From positions 1 through 30,025 of the forward strand of contig RDOA01000046.1 of NCBI GenBank assembly GCA_011364925.1: a stretch of DNA of 30,025 nucleotides, in the 5' to 3' direction. This DNA comes from Promethearchaeota archaeon. Lineage in GTDB: Archaea; Asgardarchaeota; Lokiarchaeia; Sigyniarchaeales; SOKP01. The notes beneath the pieces were generated by a model. The model saw nothing but the letters and a program-made list of their open reading frames with translations, did no database searches and had not been told where the DNA came from. Both the position numbers and the translations under genes were made by a program. This document shows, in pieces, positions 18,148-26,737 of this stretch (the first letter of the stretch is position 1; every line of letters starts with the position of its first letter).

Positions 18148-18312
18148 ATGATTCAAATAATTGAGGAAGATAAAGAAGTTAACAAAAAATCAATCTTAAT
18201 TGAGCTTCAGAAGCTATCAAACGAGATAAATTTTAAAGAGTTAGAGAATCTCTTACAGGACTCAATTGTTAAATTGAGTAACCTTAACAAGAGAGAAATC
18301 GAAAAATCCTAA
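18148..18312 (+). CDS. Small hypothetical helical protein (54 aa); not in the ORF track
   Basis: GGAGG upstream (18133-18137). MIQIIEEDKEVNKKSILIELQKLSNEINFKELENLLQDSIVKLSNLNKREIEKS*. Confidence 0.55.
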   Translation: MIQIIEEDKEVNKKSILIELQKLSNEINFKELENLLQDSIVKLSNLNKREIEKS

Positions 18313-18477
18313 AGGAGACCAAAAGGTAAAGATTTTAACCTTCAGATACGCTCAAATTTTAATTCAAAAGGTGGCGTTAAATAGAGGATGAGGGCGAAAC
18401 CACCTTCATAAATTGCAAATTTAACAAAAAAACATATAAAATTTATTAAAAAATTAAAAAAAAGGAGTTGGATTAAA

Positions 18478-18759
18478 ATCGCAATTGTAAAAGAAGAAAT
18501 CATTTCTATTATAAATGAACTCCCCGACGATGCTACTTTAGTAGATATAGAAAGAGCAATTATCATTAATACTATTCCTTCAGCAGCTCCACATTTAAAA
18601 AAAGTTGAGAAGAAAATACATAAATTTGAAAAACTCAACAGAGAACTAAGAGATCTCATCGAAAAAACTGAATTGAACCCAAGATACCTTCAAGAAGTAA
18701 TCCCTATAAAGGAGTTCAAGAATAATTTAGTTATAAAAAGAGATTTCTATATGAGTTAA
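18478..18759 (+). CDS. Small hypothetical protein (~93 aa) with antitoxin-like N-terminus, apparent ATC/ATT start; not in the ORF track
   Basis: AGGAG upstream. Frame reads AIVKEEIISIINELPDDATLVDIERAIIINTIPSAAPHLKKVEKK…FYMS*. No ATG/GTG/TTG between the upstream in-frame stop (~18408) and this N-terminus. Confidence 0.6.
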   Translation: MAIVKEEIISIINELPDDATLVDIERAIIINTIPSAAPHLKKVEKKIHKFEKLNRELRDLIEKTELNPRYLQEVIPIKEFKNNLVIKRDFYMS

Positions 18760-18874
18760 GCAAAAATTAAATCTAATACATCTTTTTATTATTCTAATTT
18801 TAATTTTTACATTTACCAAAACGATATTAAATGTTTGCATATTCTATACTCTTGATTTGTAAGGTGAAAGATTA

Positions 18875-19228
18875 TTGAATAGTGAAGTAATTATAGAGTG
18901 TAAAAAGTGTCAAAAGTGTGGATTTTTACAGCATTCTTCTCATATTAGATGTATCAAATGTAAACACGAAGCTTTCGATAAGGTTAAGGCAGTTGGCAAT
19001 GCTGCATTATTAACTTATACAATTTTAAAAGCGCCGCCAGCAGAATTCCGTGATAGAACTCAATATGCTTTAGGCATTCTCGAATTTCAGAATCATGTTA
19101 AGGTTTTAGGGCAATTAGCTCCAGATGAACAATTAAAAATTGGTTTGAAAATGAAACCCACTCGTAAGAAAATTTGTTCCAATTTAGATGGCAAAGAAAT
19201 TCATGAATTTATTTTTGTACCTATTTAG
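18875..19228 (+). CDS. DUF35-family Zn-ribbon/OB-fold protein (acyl-CoA-binding, thiolase partner)
   Basis: CQKCG…CIKC zinc ribbon, LLTYT, PPAEF, YALGILE, VLGQL, IGLKM. SD AGGTGA. Confidence 0.85.
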   Translation: MNSEVIIECKKCQKCGFLQHSSHIRCIKCKHEAFDKVKAVGNAALLTYTILKAPPAEFRDRTQYALGILEFQNHVKVLGQLAPDEQLKIGLKMKPTRKKICSNLDGKEIHEFIFVPI

Positions 19229-19293
19229 TAATTAAAGTAATTATAAATATTTACTATAACAAAGATCAATTAAATATCTTTTCAGAATTACTC

Positions 19294-19854
19294 ATGAAAT
19301 TAAAATTGCGATTTTCTGGTCGTGGCGGACAAGGTATCAAATTTGTAGGAAGTGTTTTAGCTCGAATTGCAACAGCTGCTAATTATCATACAACACTCAC
19401 GGTTGACTATACACCCTCCGTTAGAGGAGGACCTATTTTTTGTGATGTTATCCTAAGCACTGAACCTATTTCCTATCCATTTTGCGATAAGGATGCTGAT
19501 GTCTTTATTGCCATAGATCAAAAAGGATTTAAGCGCGCTTCTGAATGCGTGTATGAAAAAACAATCTCTATTATCGATGAGAATACAATTCTTGACCCCG
19601 AGGAAATCATTCAAGAAGGAAAAATCTATCGTGTACCAATTACAAGACGAGCAGACGAGAATAAAACACCCCAGAGTGCGAATATTGTCAGTTTAGGACT
19701 CCTTTCTCAATTTCTTAAAGAAAGTAGAATATTTGAACTAAAAGATGAATACTATGAGCAAGTTTTAAATAATATGCCAAAAAGGTTTAGGGCAGTTAAT
19801 ATTCAATGTTATCAACTTGGTCAAGCTCTCTGTCAGGAATTTATTAGTACCTAA
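19294..19854 (+). CDS. korC: 2-oxoacid:ferredoxin oxidoreductase gamma subunit
   Basis: RFSGRGGQG, YTPSVRGG, ANIVSLG, N…YQLG. Confidence 0.85.
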   Translation: MKLKLRFSGRGGQGIKFVGSVLARIATAANYHTTLTVDYTPSVRGGPIFCDVILSTEPISYPFCDKDADVFIAIDQKGFKRASECVYEKTISIIDENTILDPEEIIQEGKIYRVPITRRADENKTPQSANIVSLGLLSQFLKESRIFELKDEYYEQVLNNMPKRFRAVNIQCYQLGQALCQEFIST

Positions 19855-20008
19855 AAGGGGCATATCTTAATTAAGGCAATTACAAAAAAAGAAATCGTTA
19901 TTAAACAAATTACTTTAGTTGTGAAAAAACAAATTTAAAAGAGTACTATCTATTTTAAAAACTATGAGAAAAAAATATCGTTATGTATACATATTAGAGG
20001 TTTAAATA

Positions 20009-20296
20009 ATGTTAAAATCTAAACGCACCCCTATTTTACCACCTCCTACCCCAGAAAAAATCTATGAAATCATAATCGATTCTGAACAATGTGATGGGTG
20101 CAAATTATGTTTGTCATACTGTCCAAAAGAGTTGATTGAAATAAGTGAAGATAAGTTCAACAGCCGCATGCTTCACTATGCAATCATGGTTAAGCCTGAA
20201 GAGTGTGCAGGGTGTAGACAGTGTGAGCGAGTATGTCCTACAGTTTCTTTATATATTTTAGAAAAAGAGAATAAGGATGTTATAATCAATGAGTAA
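20009..20296 (+). CDS. korD: 2-oxoacid:ferredoxin oxidoreductase delta subunit (2x[4Fe-4S] ferredoxin)
   Basis: CDGCKLCLSYCP and CAGCRQCERVCP. Overlaps the korA start. Confidence 0.88.
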   Translation: MLKSKRTPILPPPTPEKIYEIIIDSEQCDGCKLCLSYCPKELIEISEDKFNSRMLHYAIMVKPEECAGCRQCERVCPTVSLYILEKENKDVIINE

Positions 20297-21434
20297 TGCA
20301 AAAATCCAAGAAAAGAGAATATTAACTAGTGGGAATGCTGCTTGTGCTGAAGGCGCGATTACAGCAGGATGTTTATATTTTGCAGGGTATCCTATTACAC
20401 CATCTTCAGAAATTGCAGCTTACATGGCAAAACGCTTACCTCAAGTTAATGGAACATTTATTCAGATGGAAGATGAGTTAGCTTCAATTACAAGTTGTTT
20501 TGGAGCTTCTTATGCTGGAAAGAAAGCAATGACTGCAACTTCAGGACCTGGACTTTCGCTTATGGCTGAAAGTATAGGTTTAGGTGTCATGTTAGAAGCA
20601 CCAGCTGTTATAATCACTGTAATGAGAGGAGGACCTAGTACCGGACAGCCTACAAATGCCTCTCAATCAGATGTATATCAAACAAGATATGCATCTCATG
20701 GCGATTATGAAATAATTGTATTAGCTCCATCTACAGTTCAAGAAATGTACGATCTAACAATACGCGCATTTAATTTATCTGAGAAATATCGTATACCTGT
20801 AATTGTCGCTGCAGATGGAATTTTAGGACAAATGATGGAAGTTGTTAATTTACATACTAATATTGAATTAATAGAGCGTAAAAAACCTCAAGTTCCGCCA
20901 GAGGATTATAAACCTTTCGAAAGTTTTGATGATGATCTCGTACCTGGAATGGCAATAGCAGGAACGAACTACTCTTTTTATGTTACGGGGTTAACTCATG
21001 ATATAGAAGGTAATCCACAAATGACCCCAGAAGCCGCAGAGACTCTCATCAAACGGCTTTGTGATAAAATTAAGATAGCTAGACCTCAAATCAATGATTG
21101 GGAGGAGAAACATTTAGATGATGCTGAAACCGTTATATTAGCCTATGGTATTAATGCCAGAGGGGTACCAGAAGTCGTTAAGCAAGCACGCCAAGAAGGT
21201 TTTAAAGTAGGATATGTGCGATTAAAAACTCTATGGCCTTTTCCCGATGAATTAATGGAAAGAATTGCGCAAATGGGAGCTTCGAAGGTTATCGTTTGTG
21301 AAATGAACAATGGAATGATAATTAGAGAAGTCCAGAGGTTTAGGCATTTATTTACTGTTTCTGGTATTACAATCCCTACTACCATTCCCTTTAGTCCAAA
21401 ATTTATTTATGAGAGGTTACTAAAAGAGGTGTAA
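20289..21434 (+). CDS. korA: 2-oxoacid:ferredoxin oxidoreductase alpha subunit
   Basis: AGYPITPSSE, QMEDE, ATSGPG, RGGPSTG.PT, HGD, TGLTHD, LWPFP. Confidence 0.93.
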   Translation: MSNAKIQEKRILTSGNAACAEGAITAGCLYFAGYPITPSSEIAAYMAKRLPQVNGTFIQMEDELASITSCFGASYAGKKAMTATSGPGLSLMAESIGLGVMLEAPAVIITVMRGGPSTGQPTNASQSDVYQTRYASHGDYEIIVLAPSTVQEMYDLTIRAFNLSEKYRIPVIVAADGILGQMMEVVNLHTNIELIERKKPQVPPEDYKPFESFDDDLVPGMAIAGTNYSFYVTGLTHDIEGNPQMTPEAAETLIKRLCDKIKIARPQINDWEEKHLDDAETVILAYGINARGVPEVVKQARQEGFKVGYVRLKTLWPFPDELMERIAQMGASKVIVCEMNNGMIIREVQRFRHLFTVSGITIPTTIPFSPKFIYERLLKEV

Positions 21435-21437
21435 CAG

Positions 21438-22328
21438 ATGAATCCATCAAATCAAATGTCAATCCCCTCTGAAGCACCCAGTCATCCCTTAATCGATATG
21501 TTAAATTTAAATCGATTTATTTTTTGCCCAGGATGTTTAATAGGAACAGTAATTACTTCAATTACAAGTTGTTTAAAAGAAAGGGGTCTTACATCTAAAG
21601 ATTATGCCATTGTATCCGGGATAGGATGTACTGGTCGATCGAGTGGTTGTTTTAAAGCTCCAGCTTTCCATACTACACATGGAAGAGCAATACCATTTGC
21701 AACTGGGTTAAAATTAGCAAATCCAAAATTAAAAGTTATAGTTCTTTCAGGAGATGGAGATCTTTTTGCTATAGGAGGAAATCATTTTATTCATGCTGCT
21801 AGAAGAAATATAGAATTAACTGTTCTCTGTATAAATAACAATATCTATGGAATGACTGGAGGACAAGTAGCTCCTACAACTCAAATTGGTGACATTACTC
21901 AAACAACACCCTATGGAAATGTGGAACCTCCCTTTAATTTAGTAAGTCTAGCAGCTGCGGCAGGATCTACATATGTTGCTAGATGGCCCGGCTATGACAC
22001 CCTTAGACTACAAAAAAGTATTTTTAAATGTATAGACAATGAAGGATTCAGTTTTATAGAAGTACTTGCTCCTTGTTTTGTCCAATATGGTTCAAAAAAT
22101 AAATTGGGTGATGCTGTAGAGATGTTAGAATGGTTAAAAAAGCAAGTTAAAATTAAGGTTGATTGGACACCTCATCAAGCTACTTTTGATTTCAAGAAAG
22201 GAATTATTATATGTGGGGAATTTGTAGATGAGAAGAGAGAAGGATATAGTAAAAAAATAGAGCAAGTTCGAATTGAAGTGCAGTATAAAAAAATTAAAAA
22301 TAAGGATAGTAAAGAAGAATATGACTGA
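21438..22328 (+). CDS. korB: 2-oxoacid:ferredoxin oxidoreductase beta subunit
   Basis: CPGC, SGIGC, HTTHGRA, TPP motif GDGD…NN, YGMTGGQ.APTT. Confidence 0.93.
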   Translation: MNPSNQMSIPSEAPSHPLIDMLNLNRFIFCPGCLIGTVITSITSCLKERGLTSKDYAIVSGIGCTGRSSGCFKAPAFHTTHGRAIPFATGLKLANPKLKVIVLSGDGDLFAIGGNHFIHAARRNIELTVLCINNNIYGMTGGQVAPTTQIGDITQTTPYGNVEPPFNLVSLAAAAGSTYVARWPGYDTLRLQKSIFKCIDNEGFSFIEVLAPCFVQYGSKNKLGDAVEMLEWLKKQVKIKVDWTPHQATFDFKKGIIICGEFVDEKREGYSKKIEQVRIEVQYKKIKNKDSKEEYD

Positions 22329-24672
22329 AAGCGTGGATAAACCTAAAAATGAACCAAAAATTGGGGTTTTTCTTTGTAAATGCGGAAAAAATATTGGTGG
22401 AACGGTAAATATTGATCAGATAGCCAAAGAAATTGAAGATGATAAAAGGGTTAAGTTAGTTCAAGTTAATTCATATACCTGTTCTGATCCTGGACAATTA
22501 GAAATCTTAAATGCAATAAACGAGCAAGGAATAGAGAAGATAGTTGTAGCAGCATGTTCCCCAAGGTTACACGGTCCAACATGGAAAAAACTATTAAGAA
22601 GAGCAGGAATAAATCCTTCACTAGTAGAAGTAGCAAACATCCGAGAACAATGTAGTTGGGTACATCTTTCAGAGAAAGAAGAAGCAACTAAAAAAGCAAA
22701 AGAGATCCTTGAAATGGCTATTGCTAAAGCTGAATTATTAGAAGCTATAGATGATATCATAGTTCCCATTACACAGAGAGTCTTAGTCATTGGAGGAGGT
22801 GTAGCAGGTATTCAAGCTGTATTAGATTTAGCTGATGATAATGAAGTAATCCTTGTAGAAAGAGCACCCACTATTGGAGGAAAAATGGCTCTCATAGATA
22901 AAACTTTTCCAACAATGGATTGTTCAATCTGTATTTTAGGTCCAAAAATGGCGGATGTAGGTAATCATGAAAATGTTAATTTAATTTCTTGTGCTGAAGT
23001 TACGGCTATATCTGGCTATGTTGGTAATTTTGAAGTTACAATTAAGAAATACCCACGCTATATAGATGAAAACCTCTGCACTGCGTGCGGAGATTGTGTC
23101 TCTATCTGCCCTGAAAACGTTGTGGATGAGTATTCTGGCAATTTAGGTTGGAGAAAAGCAATATATATTCCATATCCACAAGCAGTTCCAGCTAGTTACA
23201 TAATTGATGAGAAAAATTGTTTGGGTCTTAGTCCTCTCACCTGTGGAAAATGTGTGGCAGAATGTGAAAAAGAAGCTATTAATTATGAAGATTCTGAAAA
23301 AATTTATAAATTCAAAGTTGGCAGCATAATTATCGCAGTAGGTTTTGAACTTTTTGATGCCTCTCGACTCCCTGAATATGGATGGGGTAGTTATCCTAAT
23401 GTTATTACAACCTTTGAATTTGAACGGTTAATCAATGCCGCGGGACCGACGAACGGAGAACTTGTACGTCCTAGCGATCTTAAAAAGCCAAAAAAAGTAG
23501 CTTTTATAAATTGCGTAGGATCGCGTGATAAAAGATTTAATCCATACTGTTCTAACTTCTGTTGCATGGAAAGTATAAAGGATAGTCTTTTAATTAAAGA
23601 GCATTGGCCTGATGTTGAGGTTACAATATTCTTTATCGATATTAGGGCTTTTGGAAAAGGATTTGAACAACTGTATTCGCGATCTAGAGAAGAGAGTGTC
23701 CTTTATATACGTGGGCGTCCCGGTCAAATTAAGGAAGACCCTGTTACTAAGAATCTTAAAGTGTATGTTGAAGATATAAGCAATGGAATAATCCTCTCCG
23801 AAGAATTTGATTTAGTTGTCCTTTCTGTAGGAGTTGAGGGTTCATCAGAATCTATTCCTTTTCCTATTGCTAAGGATTCAAAAGGATTCTACATTGAAGC
23901 ACATCCTAAGCTTCGACCAGTAGATACTCCAACTGATGGTATCTTCATTGCGGGTGGAGCAGAATCACCAAAAGATATTAGGGAAACTGTTACACAAGCT
24001 AGTGCTGCTGCAGGACGGTGTGGAAATCTGCTTTCAAAAAAAGAGTATCAAGTAGAACCTTTATACGCATTTGTGGACACAGAGAAGTGTACGAGTTGTG
24101 GAATTTGTGTTTCTCGATGTCCTTACGGTGCCGTAAGTGTTGATCAAGAAAAAAAAACCCCTGCGAGGATTCTACCCGTATTATGTAAAGGTTGTGGAAC
24201 TTGTGCTGCAGATTGCCCCACAGATGCTATTACTATGACAAATTTTACAGATGCTATGATCCTCAGACAGATTGATATAGCCCTTCGTGAAGATGCTTCA
24301 GAAAAAGTATTAATTTTTGCTTGCAATTGGTGTTCGTATGCTGGAGCGGACTTAGCTGGAACAAGTAGAGTCCAATATCCTACTAATACTAGAATTATTA
24401 GAACTATGTGTTCAGGACGCGTAAAAGTTTCATTTATTAAACATTGTTTTAACCGTGGAGCTGGGGCTGTTATGTTAACTGGTTGCCATCCACAAGATTG
24501 TCATTATATTTCTGGAAATGACTTTGCCATAAAGAGAGAGAAGAAAATTAGAAGTTGGATGAAGAAAAATAAAATTTCTGAAGATAGATTTGTCATTGAA
24601 TGGATCTCAGCTGCGGAAGGAAAAAGATTTGCCGATCTCGTCTCACAAGTAAGTAAAACCGTTTTGAAGTAG
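22321..24672 (+). CDS. hdrA: Heterodisulfide reductase subunit A fused to MvhD
   Basis: IGVFLCKCG, AACSP, NIREQCSWVH, IGGGVAG (FAD), KTFPTMDCSIC, inserted and C-terminal ferredoxin motifs, CVGSR…YCS..CC, PKDI. MvhD part: CNWCSYAGAD, RTMCSGR, GCHPQDCHY, WISAAEG. ATG 22321 overlaps the korB end. Confidence 0.93.
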   Translation: MTESVDKPKNEPKIGVFLCKCGKNIGGTVNIDQIAKEIEDDKRVKLVQVNSYTCSDPGQLEILNAINEQGIEKIVVAACSPRLHGPTWKKLLRRAGINPSLVEVANIREQCSWVHLSEKEEATKKAKEILEMAIAKAELLEAIDDIIVPITQRVLVIGGGVAGIQAVLDLADDNEVILVERAPTIGGKMALIDKTFPTMDCSICILGPKMADVGNHENVNLISCAEVTAISGYVGNFEVTIKKYPRYIDENLCTACGDCVSICPENVVDEYSGNLGWRKAIYIPYPQAVPASYIIDEKNCLGLSPLTCGKCVAECEKEAINYEDSEKIYKFKVGSIIIAVGFELFDASRLPEYGWGSYPNVITTFEFERLINAAGPTNGELVRPSDLKKPKKVAFINCVGSRDKRFNPYCSNFCCMESIKDSLLIKEHWPDVEVTIFFIDIRAFGKGFEQLYSRSREESVLYIRGRPGQIKEDPVTKNLKVYVEDISNGIILSEEFDLVVLSVGVEGSSESIPFPIAKDSKGFYIEAHPKLRPVDTPTDGIFIAGGAESPKDIRETVTQASAAAGRCGNLLSKKEYQVEPLYAFVDTEKCTSCGICVSRCPYGAVSVDQEKKTPARILPVLCKGCGTCAADCPTDAITMTNFTDAMILRQIDIALREDASEKVLIFACNWCSYAGADLAGTSRVQYPTNTRIIRTMCSGRVKVSFIKHCFNRGAGAVMLTGCHPQDCHYISGNDFAIKREKKIRSWMKKNKISEDRFVIEWISAAEGKRFADLVSQVSKTVLK

Positions 24673-24681
24673 AAATTCTTT

Positions 24682-26112
24682 TTATTTAGAACTTTTAATG
24701 AAATAATTTGATATTTTTGGCAATAAAGGAATAAATTCTAAAGGATCTCCAAATAATGGAACATTTCTTTGCTTTACTTTTAGTAAAAAATCATGAATAG
24801 AATTTAGACGAGTTAGATATTGTGTTATAACAATTAAAGGTTTTTTATGTATATGTCCTAAATTAAGACACTCACTTATAGTATTATAAAAAGTGGAAAG
24901 ATCCTGAATTCGAGGTGGAAAACTCAGATAAAAGCCAGGTAAATCTAATATTAATCCATCTATACTTTTATCTGAAAGCACGATATCTATAATTTCCTTA
25001 ACACTATCAATTGCAAAAAATTGAGCTGCAAAATCTAACGGATTATTAGAACTTGTCCCAGGCATAAAGAGTTTTTTATTTATTTCATTTTGAGTAGTTA
25101 AAGGAAATGGGGGTACTTTTAATCCATATTTCTCGATAATGTCAACCAATACAACTCCATATCCTCCTGAAATACTTAACACTGCCAAATTTTTTGCATC
25201 AAATATGCCATAACAAGCAATCAATCTTGCAGTGTGGAGTAGTTGTTCCAAAGAATCAACTTCAATCACATTATATTGCTTAAAGAAGGTTTGCCAAATT
25301 ACTCTATCTCCAGAAACTGACGCGGTGTGCGTTTTTGCAGCTTTGATACCAGTTTCGCTTTTACCCCCTTTTAAAACAATAATTGGTTTTTTGTTATTAT
25401 TTAAAATCGCAATTAAATCGTTAATTCGGCCTTGTTTTATTCCTTCAATATAACAAAGAATGATATCTGTCTCAGAATCGTTAATTAAAAAATATAGTAA
25501 ATCAACAAAATCAAGATCAGCACCATTACCAAAAGAAAATACCTTGGAAAATTCTATTCCTAACTCAATAGAGGAGTAAATTGCTATATTACATATTCCT
25601 CCCGATTGAGCAATAAATCCGATACTCCCCGGAGTTGTAGGAAAATGTTGACGCCAAGCTAAACCAATTTTCGGATAAAATAAACCTAATCCATTTGGAC
25701 CTAAAATCCTTACTTCATTTTGAGCTCTTTTTAATAACTCCTGTTCCAAAGCCTTACCTTCTTCAGTTCCGGCATCAGAAAATTCTGATGTAAAAATTGT
25801 TACTAATTTGACTCCTTTTTTAACACATTCATTCATAACATGTAAAACAAGTTTAGGAGGAACTGCTATAAAAGCAAAATCAACTTCTCCAGGAACATCA
25901 AGGATAGAAGCATAAATGTCTTCCTTGGGAAAACCAGGAATTTCTTCTGATCTTGGATGAATTGCGTATACCTTTCCTTTAAACGAGTCTTGATGGTTTC
26001 TTAAAAAGAAGAAATTACGTTTCTCAGAAGGTCCAATAACTGCCATTGATTTGATGTCGTTAATAAAGGAAAGGTCTTTTACATTTAAGTTAGAAGAGTT
26101 AGAATGCGTCAT
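24682..26112 (-). CDS. acdA: ADP-forming acyl-CoA synthetase alpha subunit (CoA-binding)
   Basis: AVIGPS, RILGPNGLG, QSGG, SFGNGAD, YIEG, AAKTHTAS (phospho-His), SGGYGV, NPLD. No ATP-grasp domain. Confidence 0.85.
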   Translation of the reverse strand: MTHSNSSNLNVKDLSFINDIKSMAVIGPSEKRNFFFLRNHQDSFKGKVYAIHPRSEEIPGFPKEDIYASILDVPGEVDFAFIAVPPKLVLHVMNECVKKGVKLVTIFTSEFSDAGTEEGKALEQELLKRAQNEVRILGPNGLGLFYPKIGLAWRQHFPTTPGSIGFIAQSGGICNIAIYSSIELGIEFSKVFSFGNGADLDFVDLLYFLINDSETDIILCYIEGIKQGRINDLIAILNNNKKPIIVLKGGKSETGIKAAKTHTASVSGDRVIWQTFFKQYNVIEVDSLEQLLHTARLIACYGIFDAKNLAVLSISGGYGVVLVDIIEKYGLKVPPFPLTTQNEINKKLFMPGTSSNNPLDFAAQFFAIDSVKEIIDIVLSDKSIDGLILDLPGFYLSFPPRIQDLSTFYNTISECLNLGHIHKKPLIVITQYLTRLNSIHDFLLKVKQRNVPLFGDPLEFIPLLPKISNYFIKSSK

Positions 26113-26342
26113 TTAAAGTACAGAATTAATCATAAGTTTAATAGTTTATAATTAGACGCGTATCTAATACTAAAAAAGGTATTCTTGAAAGTTATAATAT
26201 TTTTCCTCAGAAGAGAGAAGGAATAGAAAAAGGACTGGTTGTTATTTAGACAGATATGTAAAATTTAAATGCTAGAAAAATAATCTAATACTCGCATCAA
26301 ACTCTAATTTAAAACCCAACAATTTATAGAAGGTGAAAAAAC

Positions 26343-26672
26343 ATGGTATTAATGGTGGTAACTGTACATATCCCACCTGAGAAGGCAAGTGAGTTAGGAA
26401 AAAGCTATCTTGAAAGTCTAAAAAAATATCCCCCAGATCGATCAATATCTAAAACACTCGCAATAGGAGTAAGACCGACCAAGGATGGTTATAAAATCAT
26501 CGGAATCGGTGATGTGGTAAAAGGAAAATTTAAAGAAGCATTTCTCCGACAAGTTCAGAGTTCGCAAGAAGCCTCTGTAGATATCGAGGGATACAGATAT
26601 GAAATTGAGACTTTCATGGATATAACAGAGGCCATGCCAATAATTGGAATGAAAGCTCCTGAAGACATGTAA
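26343..26672 (+). CDS. Hypothetical protein (109 aa, possible dimeric alpha-beta barrel)
   Basis: SD AGGTGA, ATG start, alternating strand/helix pattern, T-rich tract downstream. Confidence 0.75.
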   Translation: MVLMVVTVHIPPEKASELGKSYLESLKKYPPDRSISKTLAIGVRPTKDGYKIIGIGDVVKGKFKEAFLRQVQSSQEASVDIEGYRYEIETFMDITEAMPIIGMKAPEDM

Positions 26673-26737
26673 GTAATAAATAAAATAATTCAAATTTTTT
26701 TTTCTTAAATTTTTAGAATGCAATACTTTTATATTAG

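Noticed and set aside
18313-18410. Glycine riboswitch or SECIS identity for the tandem hairpins
   Set aside because: Only loose resemblance (GGAGA…AAGG…TTCAG). Required helices are missing and no selenoprotein or glycine gene is adjacent.
18342-18659. Minus-strand 105-aa ORF from the track
   Set aside because: Antisense shadow of the plus-strand ORF at 18478-18759, which has an SD and more protein-like composition.
22273-22320. N-terminal extension of HdrA from TTG 22273
   Set aside because: Overlaps korB extensively. ATG 22321 gives a more typical coupled start.
22321-24672. Selenocysteine in HdrA/MvhD, as known for some Lokiarchaeia and methanogens
   Set aside because: No in-frame TGA. 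The usual positions are Cys (DCSIC, CNWC, GCHPQDC).
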